64,000 bases of DNA, from assembly GCA_051884115.1 (NCBI GenBank), contig JBJEVA010000098.1, forward strand, positions 26,975 to 90,974, in the 5' to 3' direction. The stretch's first letter is position 1. The number at the start of each line of letters is the position of its first letter. The position numbers were made by a program, and so were the translations under genes. The notes under the pieces are model-generated. The model was not told the DNA's origin. It did no database searches and was given only the letters and a program-made list of their open reading frames with translations. Positions 9,056 through 18,382 of this stretch are shown here, piece after piece. The stretch comes from Candidatus Coproplasma sp. (lineage in GTDB: Bacteria > Bacillota > Clostridia > Christensenellales > Borkfalkiaceae).

Positions 9056-9178
9056 ATTTTTAATGCAGGTAAAAACATATACACTATTTCATTTAGATTG
9101 ACAAAAGTGAGCAAAAGTTTTAAAGTAATATCATATATATTTTAAAAGTAAAATTATATAGATTTTAACAGGCTCGCT

Positions 9179-10090
9179 ATGATTTACACCCTGACGTTTA
9201 ATCCGTCGCTGGATTATTACCTTAAAGTGAATAACCTTAAAACGGGTGCCGTAAACCGTACTTCCGCAGAAAGACTGACGGTGGGCGGAAAGGGTATTAA
9301 CGTTTCCCGTCAGCTTATGGAGCTGGGCGACGACACCGTTGCCTTGGGCTTTGTTGCAGGTTTTACGGGTGAAGAAATTAGGCACGAAATTGAGTCGTTG
9401 GGGCTTGCCCACGACTTGACGGAAGTTAGCGGAAGAAGCAGAATTAACGTTAAAATCAAAGCCATTGCAGAGACGGACATTAACGCTACGGGTGCGGAGA
9501 TTAGTTTAAACGACGTTAAAAAAATGACGGATAACCTAAGGCGTAAGCTGAAAGCAGGCGATTATCTTGTAATCAGCGGTAACGTTTCGGGTTTAGGCGA
9601 CGAGATTTATGCCGACGTCATTGATGCTTTAAGGGATATTGAAGGCGTAAATTTTGTGGTCGATGCCTGTGGCAATCTTTTGACGGAAACACTTAAATAC
9701 AAGCCGTTTTTAATCAAGCCCAATCTTTATGAGCTTTGCGAAGTATTCGGGCTTCCCATATCCGCCACCGACACAAAGGCAATTGCCGAACACGCGAGAA
9801 AACTGCAAAAGCACGGTGCAAGAAACGTAATAGTTTCGCTCGGTTCCGACGGCGCACTTATGGTAACGGAGACTAAACAGGCGTGCTACGTACGTGCGGC
9901 AAGGGGGCAACTTATTAACTCCGTAGGTGCAGGAGATTGCATGATTGCAGGTTTCTTACACGAATATATCAAGACAGGCAACTATTTTAAGGCGTTAAAC
10001 TTTGCCGTAGCCTCCGGCAGTGCGTGTGCCTTTACAGAGGACATTGCAACAAAAGAACAGATTGAATACGTTGAAAGCCTTATGCTTTAA
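9179..10090 (+). CDS. fruK: 1-phosphofructokinase / PfkB-family hexose-phosphate kinase
   Basis: MIYTLTFNPSLDY, GGKGINVS, GAGDCMIAGF. Confidence 0.8.
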   Translation: MIYTLTFNPSLDYYLKVNNLKTGAVNRTSAERLTVGGKGINVSRQLMELGDDTVALGFVAGFTGEEIRHEIESLGLAHDLTEVSGRSRINVKIKAIAETDINATGAEISLNDVKKMTDNLRRKLKAGDYLVISGNVSGLGDEIYADVIDALRDIEGVNFVVDACGNLLTETLKYKPFLIKPNLYELCEVFGLPISATDTKAIAEHARKLQKHGARNVIVSLGSDGALMVTETKQACYVRAARGQLINSVGAGDCMIAGFLHEYIKTGNYFKALNFAVASGSACAFTEDIATKEQIEYVESLML

Positions 10091-10096
10091 GAAAAC

Positions 10097-10130
10097 AGAC
10101 CTTCCTAAAATTTGGGAAGGTCTTTTAATT
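10097..10130. terminator. Hairpin terminator between the convergent fruK and spoVAEB genes
   Basis: Stem AGACCTTCC (10097-10105) / GGAAGGTCT (10115-10123) followed by a T-rich tail. Confidence 0.65.
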
Positions 10131-10134
10131 TTGA

Positions 10135-10524
10135 TTAGTTGCGCTTTGTATGTGCATTAAAGATTAGAGCCATTATAAACGAGAACACAACGGCGGATGT
10201 TATGCCTGCGCTTGCCACCGATAAGCTACCCGTTACCGCATAGAAGAAGCCCTTTTCCGCACCCTTTATAGCTCCGTTTGCTAAAAGATAGCCAAAGCCT
10301 GAGATTGGTACGGTTGCCCCTGCTCCTGCAAAATCGACAAGGGGTTGATACAAGCCGATTGCAGTTAACACTACCCCTGCAAGCATAAAATAGACGAGTA
10401 TTTTACCTGCGGTTAAATCGGTGTAATTTATGATGATTTGCGCAATAGTACATATCGTACCGCCCACGGCGAATGCCTTTATATACATTAAAAAAATATT
10501 AAGAACTTCCTGTCCCATAACCAC
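10135..10524 (-). CDS. spoVAE: Stage V sporulation protein AE (SpoVAEB-type)
   Basis: KAFAVGGTICTIAQ, AGAGATVPISGFGYLL, SAGITSAVVFSFIMALIF; resembles B. subtilis SpoVAEB. Confidence 0.8.
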   Translation of the reverse strand: MVMGQEVLNIFLMYIKAFAVGGTICTIAQIIINYTDLTAGKILVYFMLAGVVLTAIGLYQPLVDFAGAGATVPISGFGYLLANGAIKGAEKGFFYAVTGSLSVASAGITSAVVFSFIMALIFNAHTKRN

Positions 10525-10544
10525 TCCCTTTAATGCAACCGCCT

Positions 10545-11552
10545 TTATATACTCAGTTCGACGGCGTGAGATATACAGGGTATGGACTCACCCTGCCCCG
10601 ACGATACGGTAGATAATAGCGCACCCGTTGCCGAAAACAGTACCCTTTTATACTCCCTCTGCCTCATCTTGGTAAGAATGTAGGAGTTAAGCACCACAGC
10701 ACTGCACCCTGCTCCGCTACCGCCTTGAAATTCGTCCTCTATAACTTTATAAATTATCTCTCCGCAGTCAACGTGTTTTTCGGAGACGTCGAACCCCTTT
10801 TCCCAACACAAGTCCTTTAATATTCGGGAACCCAACGCGCCCAAGTCGCCTGATAAAATCAAGTCGTAATCGTCGGGGGAAGTCTGCGTATCGCGGAAAT
10901 GGCGCATAAGCGTATCGGCACAGGCGGGCGCCATTGCGGCCCCCATATTGTTTACGTCGGTCACTCCGTAATCGACTACCCTGCCCATTGTGCCGTTTAC
11001 TACCTTTATTCCGTCACCCTCGTTAGCTATAAGGCACGCGCCTGCGCCCGTTACCGTCCATTGCGACTGAGGGGGGCGGGTCGTACCCTGTTCAAGGGGG
11101 TAGCGGTACTGCCTTTCCGCACTTGCAAAGTGACTGCACGTTGCCGAAACAGCACGTTTGCAATAGCCTGCATCTACCATTACCGCCGAAAGCAGAATAC
11201 TCTCCGACATAGTCGAACAGGCGGAATATACTCCGAGAAAGGGTATATCGAAATCACGGGCGGCGAATGACGCCGAAATAATTTGGTTTAACAAATCCCC
11301 CGAAAAGAGGACGTTGACGTCCTTACGCTCTATGCCTGCGTTTTTAATAACGCCGTCTATAACGGTTGAAAGCATTTTGCACTCTGCCTTTTCAAAGGTG
11401 GCTTCGCCGAACATGTCGTCGTCTAAAGCCTTATCGACGTATGCGCCTACTACCCCCGCACACTCCTTGGGACCTGCAACCGAAAACGACGTGATTATTT
11501 TTGGAGCGTTGTTAAAAAACAGCGTTCTGCCCTCTAAAAGTTTACCCTTCAT
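10545..11552 (-). CDS. spoVAD: Stage V sporulation protein AD (thiolase-fold)
   Basis: 335 aa, AGPKE near the N-terminus, thiolase-like pattern, immediately upstream of spoVAE. Confidence 0.85.
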   Translation of the reverse strand: MKGKLLEGRTLFFNNAPKIITSFSVAGPKECAGVVGAYVDKALDDDMFGEATFEKAECKMLSTVIDGVIKNAGIERKDVNVLFSGDLLNQIISASFAARDFDIPFLGVYSACSTMSESILLSAVMVDAGYCKRAVSATCSHFASAERQYRYPLEQGTTRPPQSQWTVTGAGACLIANEGDGIKVVNGTMGRVVDYGVTDVNNMGAAMAPACADTLMRHFRDTQTSPDDYDLILSGDLGALGSRILKDLCWEKGFDVSEKHVDCGEIIYKVIEDEFQGGSGAGCSAVVLNSYILTKMRQREYKRVLFSATGALLSTVSSGQGESIPCISHAVELSI

Positions 11553-11558
11553 TAAACT

Positions 11559-11588
11559 TAGTTTTAATCAACCTTATGAGTTTTATGC
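11559..11588 (-). promoter_or_regulatory. Candidate forespore (sigma-G/F-like) promoter for spoVAD: GCATA-N18-AAAACTA
   Basis: On the minus strand, GCATA lies at 11588-11584 and AAAACTA at 11565-11559, 6 nt before the ATG. This is motif similarity only. Confidence 0.3.
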
Positions 11589-11610
11589 GGTAATTGCTAA
11601 GTTTTAACAA

Positions 11611-11645
11611 TGAAAAACGGGTTCAGCTTGTATAGCGAACCCGTT
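11611..11645 (-). terminator. Rho-independent terminator after clpC
   Basis: Minus strand AACGGGTTC-loop-GAACCCGTT followed by TTTTT. Confidence 0.7.
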
Positions 11646-11671
11646 ATTTTATTCAATTTAATTATATATGC

Positions 11672-14149
11672 TCAATAGCCCTTACGCTCCGAACGGAAAG
11701 AGAGAGCGCCGTCTTTGAGTTCGATTGTCACCGTTTCGCCGGGGAGGACGTGACCTGCCAAAATCTCGTCGGACAACCTGTCCTCTATACGCCTCTGCAC
11801 GGTTCTCTTTAAAGGTCTTGCACCGTACGTTTCGGAGTAGCCCTCTTCAATGAGCTTATCCATTGCCTCGGTTGTAATCTTTAAAGCAATATCTTTTTCT
11901 CCAAGGCGTTTCCTCAGCCCGTCCATGATTTTATAGCAGATTTGCCCTGCCTCTTCCTTTGTGAGCTTGCGGAAGATTATTACGTCGTCTAACCTGTTTA
12001 AAAATTCGGGGCGGAACTGTTCCTTTAACGCTTCGTTAATACTCTCCTTCATATCCTCGTAGCCGTCGTCGGAAGTGCCGAAGCCGAGGCTCGACATCCT
12101 TTTAATCTGGCTTGCGCCTACGTTGGAAGTGAGTATAATTATTGTGTTTTTGAAGTTTATTACCCTGCCCTTACTGTCCGAAAGCCTTCCGTCGTCGAGA
12201 ATTTGCAAGAGGATATTGAACACGTCGGGGTGTGCCTTTTCAACCTCGTCGAAAAGCACTACGGAATAGGGCTTACGCCTTACCTTTTCGGTGAGCTGAC
12301 CGCCTGCGTTATCGTCGTAACCGACGTAGCCCGGGGGTGCGCCTATGAGCTTTGACACCGAATGTTTTTCCATATACTCGGACATATCAAGGCGGATTAA
12401 GAGCTTTTCGTCGCCGAACATATTTTCGGCAAGCGCCTTTGCAAGGTCGGTTTTACCTACGCCCGTAGGTCCTACGAATATGAAAGAGCCTATGGGTTTG
12501 CCCGATTCTGCAAGCCCTGCCCTTGCCCTTCTTATAGCCCTTGCCACGGCGGAGACCGCCTCGTCCTGACCTATTATCCTTTTATGCAGATTTTCCTCCA
12601 AGTGCAAAAGCTTTTCGCTCTCCTGCTCGGTGAGCTTAACTACGGGAACACCCGTCCAACCGCTTACGACTTCAGCTATCTCGTTACTGCCGATTACAGG
12701 TGAAGTTTGACCGCCCTGCCACTCAGTGTTCATCGCCTCAATCTTTTCCTGCGTATCGTTGATTTCTGCTACGAGCTGTTTAGCCTTATCGTAGTCTTCG
12801 CCCCTCGCCGCCTTATTCTTTTCGCTAATGAGCATTTTAAGCTTTTCTTTAAGATTGTTTAGCTCTTCGGGGGCGTTGTAGCTGTTTAACCTTGCCCTTG
12901 ACGCCGCCTCATCGACTAAGTCTATTGCCTTGTCGGGGAGGAACCTGTCGGTAATATACCTGTCCGAAAGGGTTGCCGAAGCGAAGATTGCCTCATCGGA
13001 AATTACGACCTTGTGGTGCGCCTCGTACTTATCCCTAAGCCCCTTTAAAATTTCTATCGTATCCTGAACGGTGGGTTCTTCTACCTGTACGGGAGTAAAA
13101 CGCCTTTCTAATGCGGAGTCCTGTTCTATGTATTTGCGGTATTCGTCCAAGGTGGTTGCGCCCACCGTCTGCAATTCTCCCCTTGCGAGCATGGGTTTTA
13201 AGATGTTGGCGGCATCCATCTTACCCTCCGCAGACGCGCCTGCACCTACGATAAGATGTATTTCGTCGATAAATAAAATTACGTTGCCGTTAGATTTAAT
13301 CATAGCCACGGCGTTTTTCAATCTCTCTTCAAAATCGCCCCTGTACCTTGCGCCTGCAACCATACTTGCAAGGTCGAGAGAAAAGACCGTTTTACCCTTT
13401 AAAAGGTCGGGAACTTCGTTTTTAACTATTGCCTGTGCCAACCCCTCTACTACCGCCGATTTACCTACGCCCGGTTCGCCGATAAGCACGGGATTGTTTT
13501 TGGTTCTTCTCGAAAGCACTTGAATAATCTTATCAATCTCTTTCTTTCTGCCGATAACGGGGTCTATTTTGCCCTCTTTAGTCTTTTGCGTCAGGTCTGT
13601 GCCGTACTGTAAGACGGAGTCGTCTAACTTGCTCTCGAAGCCTTTGCGCTCCTCCCTGCTCTGCGAATGACCGATGCCTGACAATCCGTAATCGTCGTAA
13701 TCGTCGTCATCATCGTCTATTTCGCCTGAGGTGGCAAGTTCCACCTTGGCGGCAAGAGTAGGCATATTTACACCCAAAGCCTTGAATATGTACATTGCAA
13801 GGCAATCTGTAGTTTCCATTATAGCGTGGAGAAGGTGTTCTGTTCCCGCTATTCCGTCCGCATTGGTGTCAACGGCAAGGTCCTGAGCCCTTTCGAGCAT
13901 ATGCTTTGTGCGCGGTGTGAATCCGTCGATAGCACACTTTCTGTCTATTGCCTTTAATAAATAACGCTTAAACGCTTCCTCCGTAACTCCGCAGGAGCAT
14001 AATATCTTCTGCGCCGTACAGCCCTGAGTTAGTAGCATTGCGTAAATTATTTGCTCGCTACCTATGTAGGTAATTCCTAATTTGGAAATTAGCTCGTGCG
14101 TGTTGGCAAGCACTTTTTGCAGATTGCGCGATATTCTTGAAAACTCCAT
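11672..14149 (-). CDS. clpC: ATP-dependent Clp protease ATP-binding subunit ClpC
   Basis: 825 aa with two AAA+ modules ([18 protein letters not shown]), Clp_N repeats and a UVR-like middle domain. Confidence 0.92.
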   Translation of the reverse strand: MEFSRISRNLQKVLANTHELISKLGITYIGSEQIIYAMLLTQGCTAQKILCSCGVTEEAFKRYLLKAIDRKCAIDGFTPRTKHMLERAQDLAVDTNADGIAGTEHLLHAIMETTDCLAMYIFKALGVNMPTLAAKVELATSGEIDDDDDDYDDYGLSGIGHSQSREERKGFESKLDDSVLQYGTDLTQKTKEGKIDPVIGRKKEIDKIIQVLSRRTKNNPVLIGEPGVGKSAVVEGLAQAIVKNEVPDLLKGKTVFSLDLASMVAGARYRGDFEERLKNAVAMIKSNGNVILFIDEIHLIVGAGASAEGKMDAANILKPMLARGELQTVGATTLDEYRKYIEQDSALERRFTPVQVEEPTVQDTIEILKGLRDKYEAHHKVVISDEAIFASATLSDRYITDRFLPDKAIDLVDEAASRARLNSYNAPEELNNLKEKLKMLISEKNKAARGEDYDKAKQLVAEINDTQEKIEAMNTEWQGGQTSPVIGSNEIAEVVSGWTGVPVVKLTEQESEKLLHLEENLHKRIIGQDEAVSAVARAIRRARAGLAESGKPIGSFIFVGPTGVGKTDLAKALAENMFGDEKLLIRLDMSEYMEKHSVSKLIGAPPGYVGYDDNAGGQLTEKVRRKPYSVVLFDEVEKAHPDVFNILLQILDDGRLSDSKGRVINFKNTIIILTSNVGASQIKRMSSLGFGTSDDGYEDMKESINEALKEQFRPEFLNRLDDVIIFRKLTKEEAGQICYKIMDGLRKRLGEKDIALKITTEAMDKLIEEGYSETYGARPLKRTVQRRIEDRLSDEILAGHVLPGETVTIELKDGALSFRSERKGY

Positions 14150-14218
14150 ATTTTCCCCTGTTATTTAGCTTAGCCACCGCATATTACGGGGGCAATTTAT
14201 TTTTTTACGCAAAAACCT

Positions 14219-15241
14219 TTACGGTTTTACTATCATTTTTTTGACCTGTTCGGAGACGTACTGAGCTCGGTATGCGTCCCTCTCCTTGGAAAGAAGCGTT
14301 CTGCCTGCAATGGCGTTGAGATTGGTAGGCTTCATATTTAACAAAAGCTCGTCTATTGCCGATATATCTGCCGTATATACGTAGCCTAAGCATACGGCAA
14401 GCTTTAAGTCTGAACTTAGCTTTTCTAATTCGGAATGGGATAGAAGAACGCAATTACTAAGTACGCCGTAAGCCCTTAAACATTTATCCTTTATCGTAAG
14501 AGAGCAATCGCCCGTTTTTAGGCGTTGACGTTCGCTTGCCTCCATCTCGGTAATTTTGCCGACAACCGTTTCAACTAACGATAAAATCTTCTCTTCGGTA
14601 ACGCCTAAGGTTACTTCGTTGCTGACCTGAAAGACGTAGCCCTCCGCTTCGCTTCCCTCTCCGTAGGCACCCCTTACGGTTAGCCCTAAACGCCTTGCAC
14701 TTTTAATTACGTCTTTCATCATTCCGCCGAGCGACAGGGCGGGGAGAAAGAGCATAACCGAAGCCCTTAACCCCGTACCTAAATTTGTGGGGCAGGCGGT
14801 TAAATAACCGAGCTGTTCGTCGTATGCAAAGGGCAGAGAACGCGCCATCAGGCTGTCTTTTTGCGACATCGTTTGATACGCATGGCGGAGCGAAAGCCCA
14901 CCCTTTATGCACTGTTCCCTTAAATGGTCCTCTTCGTTAATCATTACCGACACGTCGCCGTCTGAATTTAATAGGACGGCTGAACGCGTAGGGGTTTGCA
15001 ATAATGCAGGACTTATCAGTCTGTTTTCGATAAGATTTACGCCCTCCGCTTCGGTGATTGCGTCCATATATTTAAGCGTAAACTCATCAACCTTGTTTAG
15101 TGCGGAAGAGACCGAGCGTATGATTTCCTTTGCCTGACTGTCGCTTTTTAGACGGGAAGGGAAGGGATATCCGTTTATATTTCGGGCAAGGCGCACGCGC
15201 GAGGATATTACTGTGCCGAGGGTGTAATCTACCATCTCCAC
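14219..15241 (-). CDS. mcsB: Protein arginine kinase McsB
   Basis: Guanido phosphotransferase pattern: RVRLARN, EEDHLR, CPTNLGTGLRAS. Confidence 0.9.
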   Translation of the reverse strand: MEMVDYTLGTVISSRVRLARNINGYPFPSRLKSDSQAKEIIRSVSSALNKVDEFTLKYMDAITEAEGVNLIENRLISPALLQTPTRSAVLLNSDGDVSVMINEEDHLREQCIKGGLSLRHAYQTMSQKDSLMARSLPFAYDEQLGYLTACPTNLGTGLRASVMLFLPALSLGGMMKDVIKSARRLGLTVRGAYGEGSEAEGYVFQVSNEVTLGVTEEKILSLVETVVGKITEMEASERQRLKTGDCSLTIKDKCLRAYGVLSNCVLLSHSELEKLSSDLKLAVCLGYVYTADISAIDELLLNMKPTNLNAIAGRTLLSKERDAYRAQYVSEQVKKMIVKP

Positions 15242-15717
15242 CCTCCTGTATTCTTCTTTTTTATGGCGTTCATCTGCTCGTTAATTTTATTAGCCGTAAT
15301 AAAGTCGCCCCTGCCGAGTGCGTTTTCCATTGCCTCCTGCAATTTTGCAAGTTTAATCCGCTCGTCGTGTTCGGCTGTATTTATTCCGCCTTCCTTACCG
15401 ATATGCTCGGTTTTATTTTGAATTTTTGCTATGTACGGAAGCAGTTCCTCGTGGAATACATCGTAACAGCTCGGACAGCCTAAAAGCCCACTGCGTTCAA
15501 AGTCGGCAAACCTCATTCCACACGAAGGGCAGACCTTTTCTTCTTTAAACTGCTCGTCAAAAAGCCCCGACGCTAAGCCGTTGGCAAAGCTTTGTTCAAA
15601 GCTTCCGAACATCTCGTCGGCGCACATTGCACAAAGATTGTATTCGCACGTTTTGCCGTTTATTACGGTGCTATGGTTGACCGTAGCCTGACGGCGTTTA
15701 CAGTTTTGACAGAGCAT
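15229..15717 (-). CDS. mcsA: McsA (Cys-rich zinc fingers plus UVR domain), activator of McsB
   Basis: CQNC..CAMC and CPSC..CPSCY motifs; overlaps mcsB by 13 nt. Confidence 0.8.
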   Translation of the reverse strand: MLCQNCKRRQATVNHSTVINGKTCEYNLCAMCADEMFGSFEQSFANGLASGLFDEQFKEEKVCPSCGMRFADFERSGLLGCPSCYDVFHEELLPYIAKIQNKTEHIGKEGGINTAEHDERIKLAKLQEAMENALGRGDFITANKINEQMNAIKKKNTGGWRW

Positions 15718-15840
15718 AAATTTTCCTTTTTTGTGGGTGCGTTCTTATCTCTCAGTGGTGCGACCACGGCGAAGTATCTTAATTACTTTAACGTTTAATT
15801 ATCTATTCACTAATCAATCGAAAAACAAACTTCGTATTAT

Positions 15841-15886
15841 GGGATTGCTACGGGGCGCCTATTCAGGCACCACCTCGCAATGACGA
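15841..15886. repeat. Dispersed short element, copy 1: GGGATTGCTACG-N21-CTCGCAATGACGA
   Basis: It shares both end motifs with the element at 59431-59477. It sits in the divergent intergenic region between mcsA and the NifU-like gene. Confidence 0.55.
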
Positions 15887-15974
15887 CCTACCACACCTAC
15901 AATATATTATAATGAAATTTTATAAACTGTAAACTGTTTTAGAAAATTATACACGAAAATATTGTTGTATTTTA

Positions 15975-16003
15975 TTGAATATTTTTTACGGCTGTGTTAT
16001 ACT
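15975..16003 (+). promoter_or_regulatory. Promoter of the NifU-like/GGGtGRT operon: TTGAAT-N17-TGtTATACT
   Basis: -35 at 15975-15980 and extended -10 at 15995-16003. It lies inside the track ORF's N-terminal extension. Confidence 0.5.
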
Positions 16004-16038
16004 TATGCGGTAAACAAAATATTTTTGGAGGATATGTG

Positions 16039-16764
16039 ATGCAATATTCAAAAGAAGTCCAGAACATGATTTGCGTTGCCAAGGGTGTTTCCGGTAAATT
16101 CGAACACGGCCCCGCCCCCATTCCCGAAGAAGGACAGTGGATTCAGGCAAAAGAAATCAAGGACATAAAAGGCTTTACGCACGGCATTGGCTGGTGCGCT
16201 CCCCAGCAGGGCGCGTGCAAGCTGACCTTAAACGTTAAGGACGGCATTATTCAGGAAGCACTCGTTGAAACTATCGGCTGTTCGGGTATGACCCACTCGG
16301 CGGCTATGGCTGCGGAAATTCTTCCCCACAAGACGATTTTGGAGGCACTTAATACCGACCTCGTCTGCGACGCCATCAACACCGCTATGAGAGAGTTGTT
16401 CTTACAGATAGTTTACGGCAGAACTCAGTCTGCTTTCTCTGACGACGGTCTTACCGTTGGTGCAGGTTTGGAAGATTTGGGCAAGGGTCTCCGTTCTCAG
16501 GTCGGCACTATGTACGGTACCGCGGCTAAGGGCGTTAGATATCTTGAAATGGCTGAAGGCTACGTTCTTGCTATTGCACTCGATAAGAACAACGAAGTTT
16601 GCGGTTATAAGTTCGTATCCCTCGGCAAGATGACCGACTTCATCAAGAAAGGTCTTACCCCCAACGAAGCTTACGAAAAGTCTATCGGCACTTACGGCAG
16701 ATATACCAAGGAGCAGGGTGCTGTTAAGCACATTGACCCCAGAACGGACAAGGAGGTTGACTAA
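16039..16764 (+). CDS. NifU/IscU-like N-terminal-domain protein with a C-terminal extension
   Basis: Three Cys residues sit in IscU-like positions (GACKLTL, GCSGMTHSAAMAAE, LVCDAI). The start was moved to the ATG at 16039, behind GGAGGA. Confidence 0.65.
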   Translation: MQYSKEVQNMICVAKGVSGKFEHGPAPIPEEGQWIQAKEIKDIKGFTHGIGWCAPQQGACKLTLNVKDGIIQEALVETIGCSGMTHSAAMAAEILPHKTILEALNTDLVCDAINTAMRELFLQIVYGRTQSAFSDDGLTVGAGLEDLGKGLRSQVGTMYGTAAKGVRYLEMAEGYVLAIALDKNNEVCGYKFVSLGKMTDFIKKGLTPNEAYEKSIGTYGRYTKEQGAVKHIDPRTDKEVD

Positions 16765-17765
16765 TGGCTACTTTTGAAGGATACGAGAGAAGAGAGGCTA
16801 AAATCCTCGGCGTGCTTAAAGAGTACGGCATTTCTTCCATAGACGAATGTAAAGACATCTGCCTTTCTAAAGGCGTTGACTGCGATAAAATAGTTAGAAG
16901 CACACAGCCTATCTGCTTTGAAAACGCTGTTTGGGCTTACACCGTAGGCGCCGCAATTGCTATCAAGAAGGGTTGCACAAAGGCTTCCGACGCGGCGGCC
17001 GCAATCGGTATCGGCTTACAGAGCTTCTGTATCCCCGGTTCCGTTGCTGAAAACAGAAAGGTTGGTTTAGGTCACGGTAACCTCGGCGCAATGCTCTTAT
17101 CCGACGAAACCGACTGCTTCTGCTTCCTTGCCGGTCACGAAAGCTTTGCCGCCGCAGAAGGCGCAATCAAAATCGCTGAAAACGCTAACAAGGTTAGAGG
17201 CAAGGCGCTTAGGGTTATTTTGAACGGTCTCGGCAAAGACGCCGCTTATATCATTTCGAGAATTAACGGCTTCACATACGTTAAGACGGAGTTCGACCCC
17301 TACACCGAAACGGTAACCGTTACCGACGAAGTTGCTTTCTCCGACGGCCCCAGAGCTAAGGTTAAGTGCTACGGCGCAGATAACGTCCCCGAAGGCGTTG
17401 CCATTATGAAGATGGAAAAGGTTTCCGTTTCCATTACGGGTAACTCCACCAACCCCACCCGTTTCCAGCACCCCGTTGCAGGTACCTACAAAAAATGGTG
17501 CGTAGAAAACGGCGTTAAGTACTTCTCGGTTGCTTCGGGCGGCGGTACAGGCAGAACGCTTCACCCCGACAATATGGCGGCAGGTCCTTCCAGCTACGGT
17601 ATGACCGATACGATGGGCAGAATGCACTCCGATGCACAGTTCGCAGGTTCCTCCTCCGTTCCCGCTCACGTAGAGATGATGGGTCTTATCGGTATGGGAA
17701 ATAACCCCATGGTCGGCGCAACCGTTGCAGTTGCTGTTGCAGTTCAGGAAGGTATGTCCAAGTAA
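16764..17765 (+). CDS. GGGtGRT family protein (function unknown)
   Basis: Contains the eponymous VASGGGTGRTLHPD motif; TAATG start/stop overlap with the upstream gene. Confidence 0.8.
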   Translation: MATFEGYERREAKILGVLKEYGISSIDECKDICLSKGVDCDKIVRSTQPICFENAVWAYTVGAAIAIKKGCTKASDAAAAIGIGLQSFCIPGSVAENRKVGLGHGNLGAMLLSDETDCFCFLAGHESFAAAEGAIKIAENANKVRGKALRVILNGLGKDAAYIISRINGFTYVKTEFDPYTETVTVTDEVAFSDGPRAKVKCYGADNVPEGVAIMKMEKVSVSITGNSTNPTRFQHPVAGTYKKWCVENGVKYFSVASGGGTGRTLHPDNMAAGPSSYGMTDTMGRMHSDAQFAGSSSVPAHVEMMGLIGMGNNPMVGATVAVAVAVQEGMSK

Positions 17766-17790
17766 TTTGATGCTAACCGAATAATTAAAG

Positions 17791-17825
17791 GCGACGGCAG
17801 ACTTGAACGTTTTCCGTCGCTTTTT
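17791..17825 (+). terminator. Rho-independent terminator after the GGGtGRT gene
   Basis: GCGACGG (17791-17797) / CCGTCGC (17814-17820) followed by TTTTT. Confidence 0.7.
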
Positions 17826-17868
17826 GGATACAATAAATTATTTTAAACAAGGAGAATTAACTTTTATT

Positions 17869-18273
17869 ATGAAAAATTTATCTACACGTTGGCAGAAGCT
17901 TATCGTTTGGCTTACGGGCTATCTTAGCATTATCGCATTCGTCATTGCAGGCGGATATATCCACCAAAAAACCGAAAGCGAGGACGTAAAGCGTTCTGCA
18001 AAAATTTCGCTGTTTGCAGTTGCCGTATTCACGGCATTTGAAATTCTTTTCAGCATTATCTCCTACTGCTATAATCTTGCAGATACATACAATTCCTGGG
18101 TAAGCTACGCACGCTACGTATTGGCAATTATAAAATCAGTTGCCTTCGTAACGCTGTTTATCGTAGATATGGTTGTAGGCTTCGGCAAACCTCATACGTC
18201 CGAACCCGTCGTTGAAAATGCCGAAACGGAGACTTCCGACAGCGAAAGCGAGATTATCGATATCAACAATTAA
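17869..18273 (+). CDS. Hypothetical membrane protein with an acidic C-terminal tail
   Basis: The start was moved to the ATG at 17869 (MKNLSTRW) behind AAGGAGA, because the track start at 17803 lies inside the upstream terminator. 3-4 hydrophobic spans. Confidence 0.5.
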   Translation: MKNLSTRWQKLIVWLTGYLSIIAFVIAGGYIHQKTESEDVKRSAKISLFAVAVFTAFEILFSIISYCYNLADTYNSWVSYARYVLAIIKSVAFVTLFIVDMVVGFGKPHTSEPVVENAETETSDSESEIIDINN

Positions 18274-18294
18274 ATTATTTAAATAAAAGTATGG

Positions 18295-18325
18295 GGCGAT
18301 GAGCTTAACGGCTTATCGCCTTTTT
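18295..18325 (+). terminator. Rho-independent terminator
   Basis: GGCGATGAGC / GCTTATCGCC followed by TTTTT. Confidence 0.6.
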
Positions 18326-18382
18326 ACATGCAAAACCGCTGACTATACTATTAGGTATTTGTTTTATTATTGTAATATACTC

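Noticed and set aside
9098-9126. A candidate fruK promoter, TTGACA-N17-TAAAGT.
   Set aside because: The hexamers are plausible, but the 46-nt leader lacks an SD and alternative -10-like AT-rich hexamers lie nearby. The evidence is too ambiguous to list as a feature.
13071-13523. A 150-aa plus-strand ORF, plus other 60-75-aa ORFs within 12075-12569.
   Set aside because: They are antisense to clpC, whose AAA+ motifs are unambiguous.
15994-16038. N-terminal extension of the NifU-like ORF (GTG at 15994).
   Set aside because: The extension contains the predicted -10 box (15998-16003). A GGAGGA SD precedes the ATG at 16039.
17097-17669. A 190-aa minus-strand ORF rich in Gly/Val/Asn.
   Set aside because: It is fully antisense to the GGGtGRT gene, which carries a diagnostic family motif, so this is a frame shadow.
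17803-17868. N-terminal extension of the membrane-protein ORF.
   Set aside because: The extension begins inside the loop and stem of the upstream terminator (17791-17825). AAGGAGA precedes the ATG at 17869.
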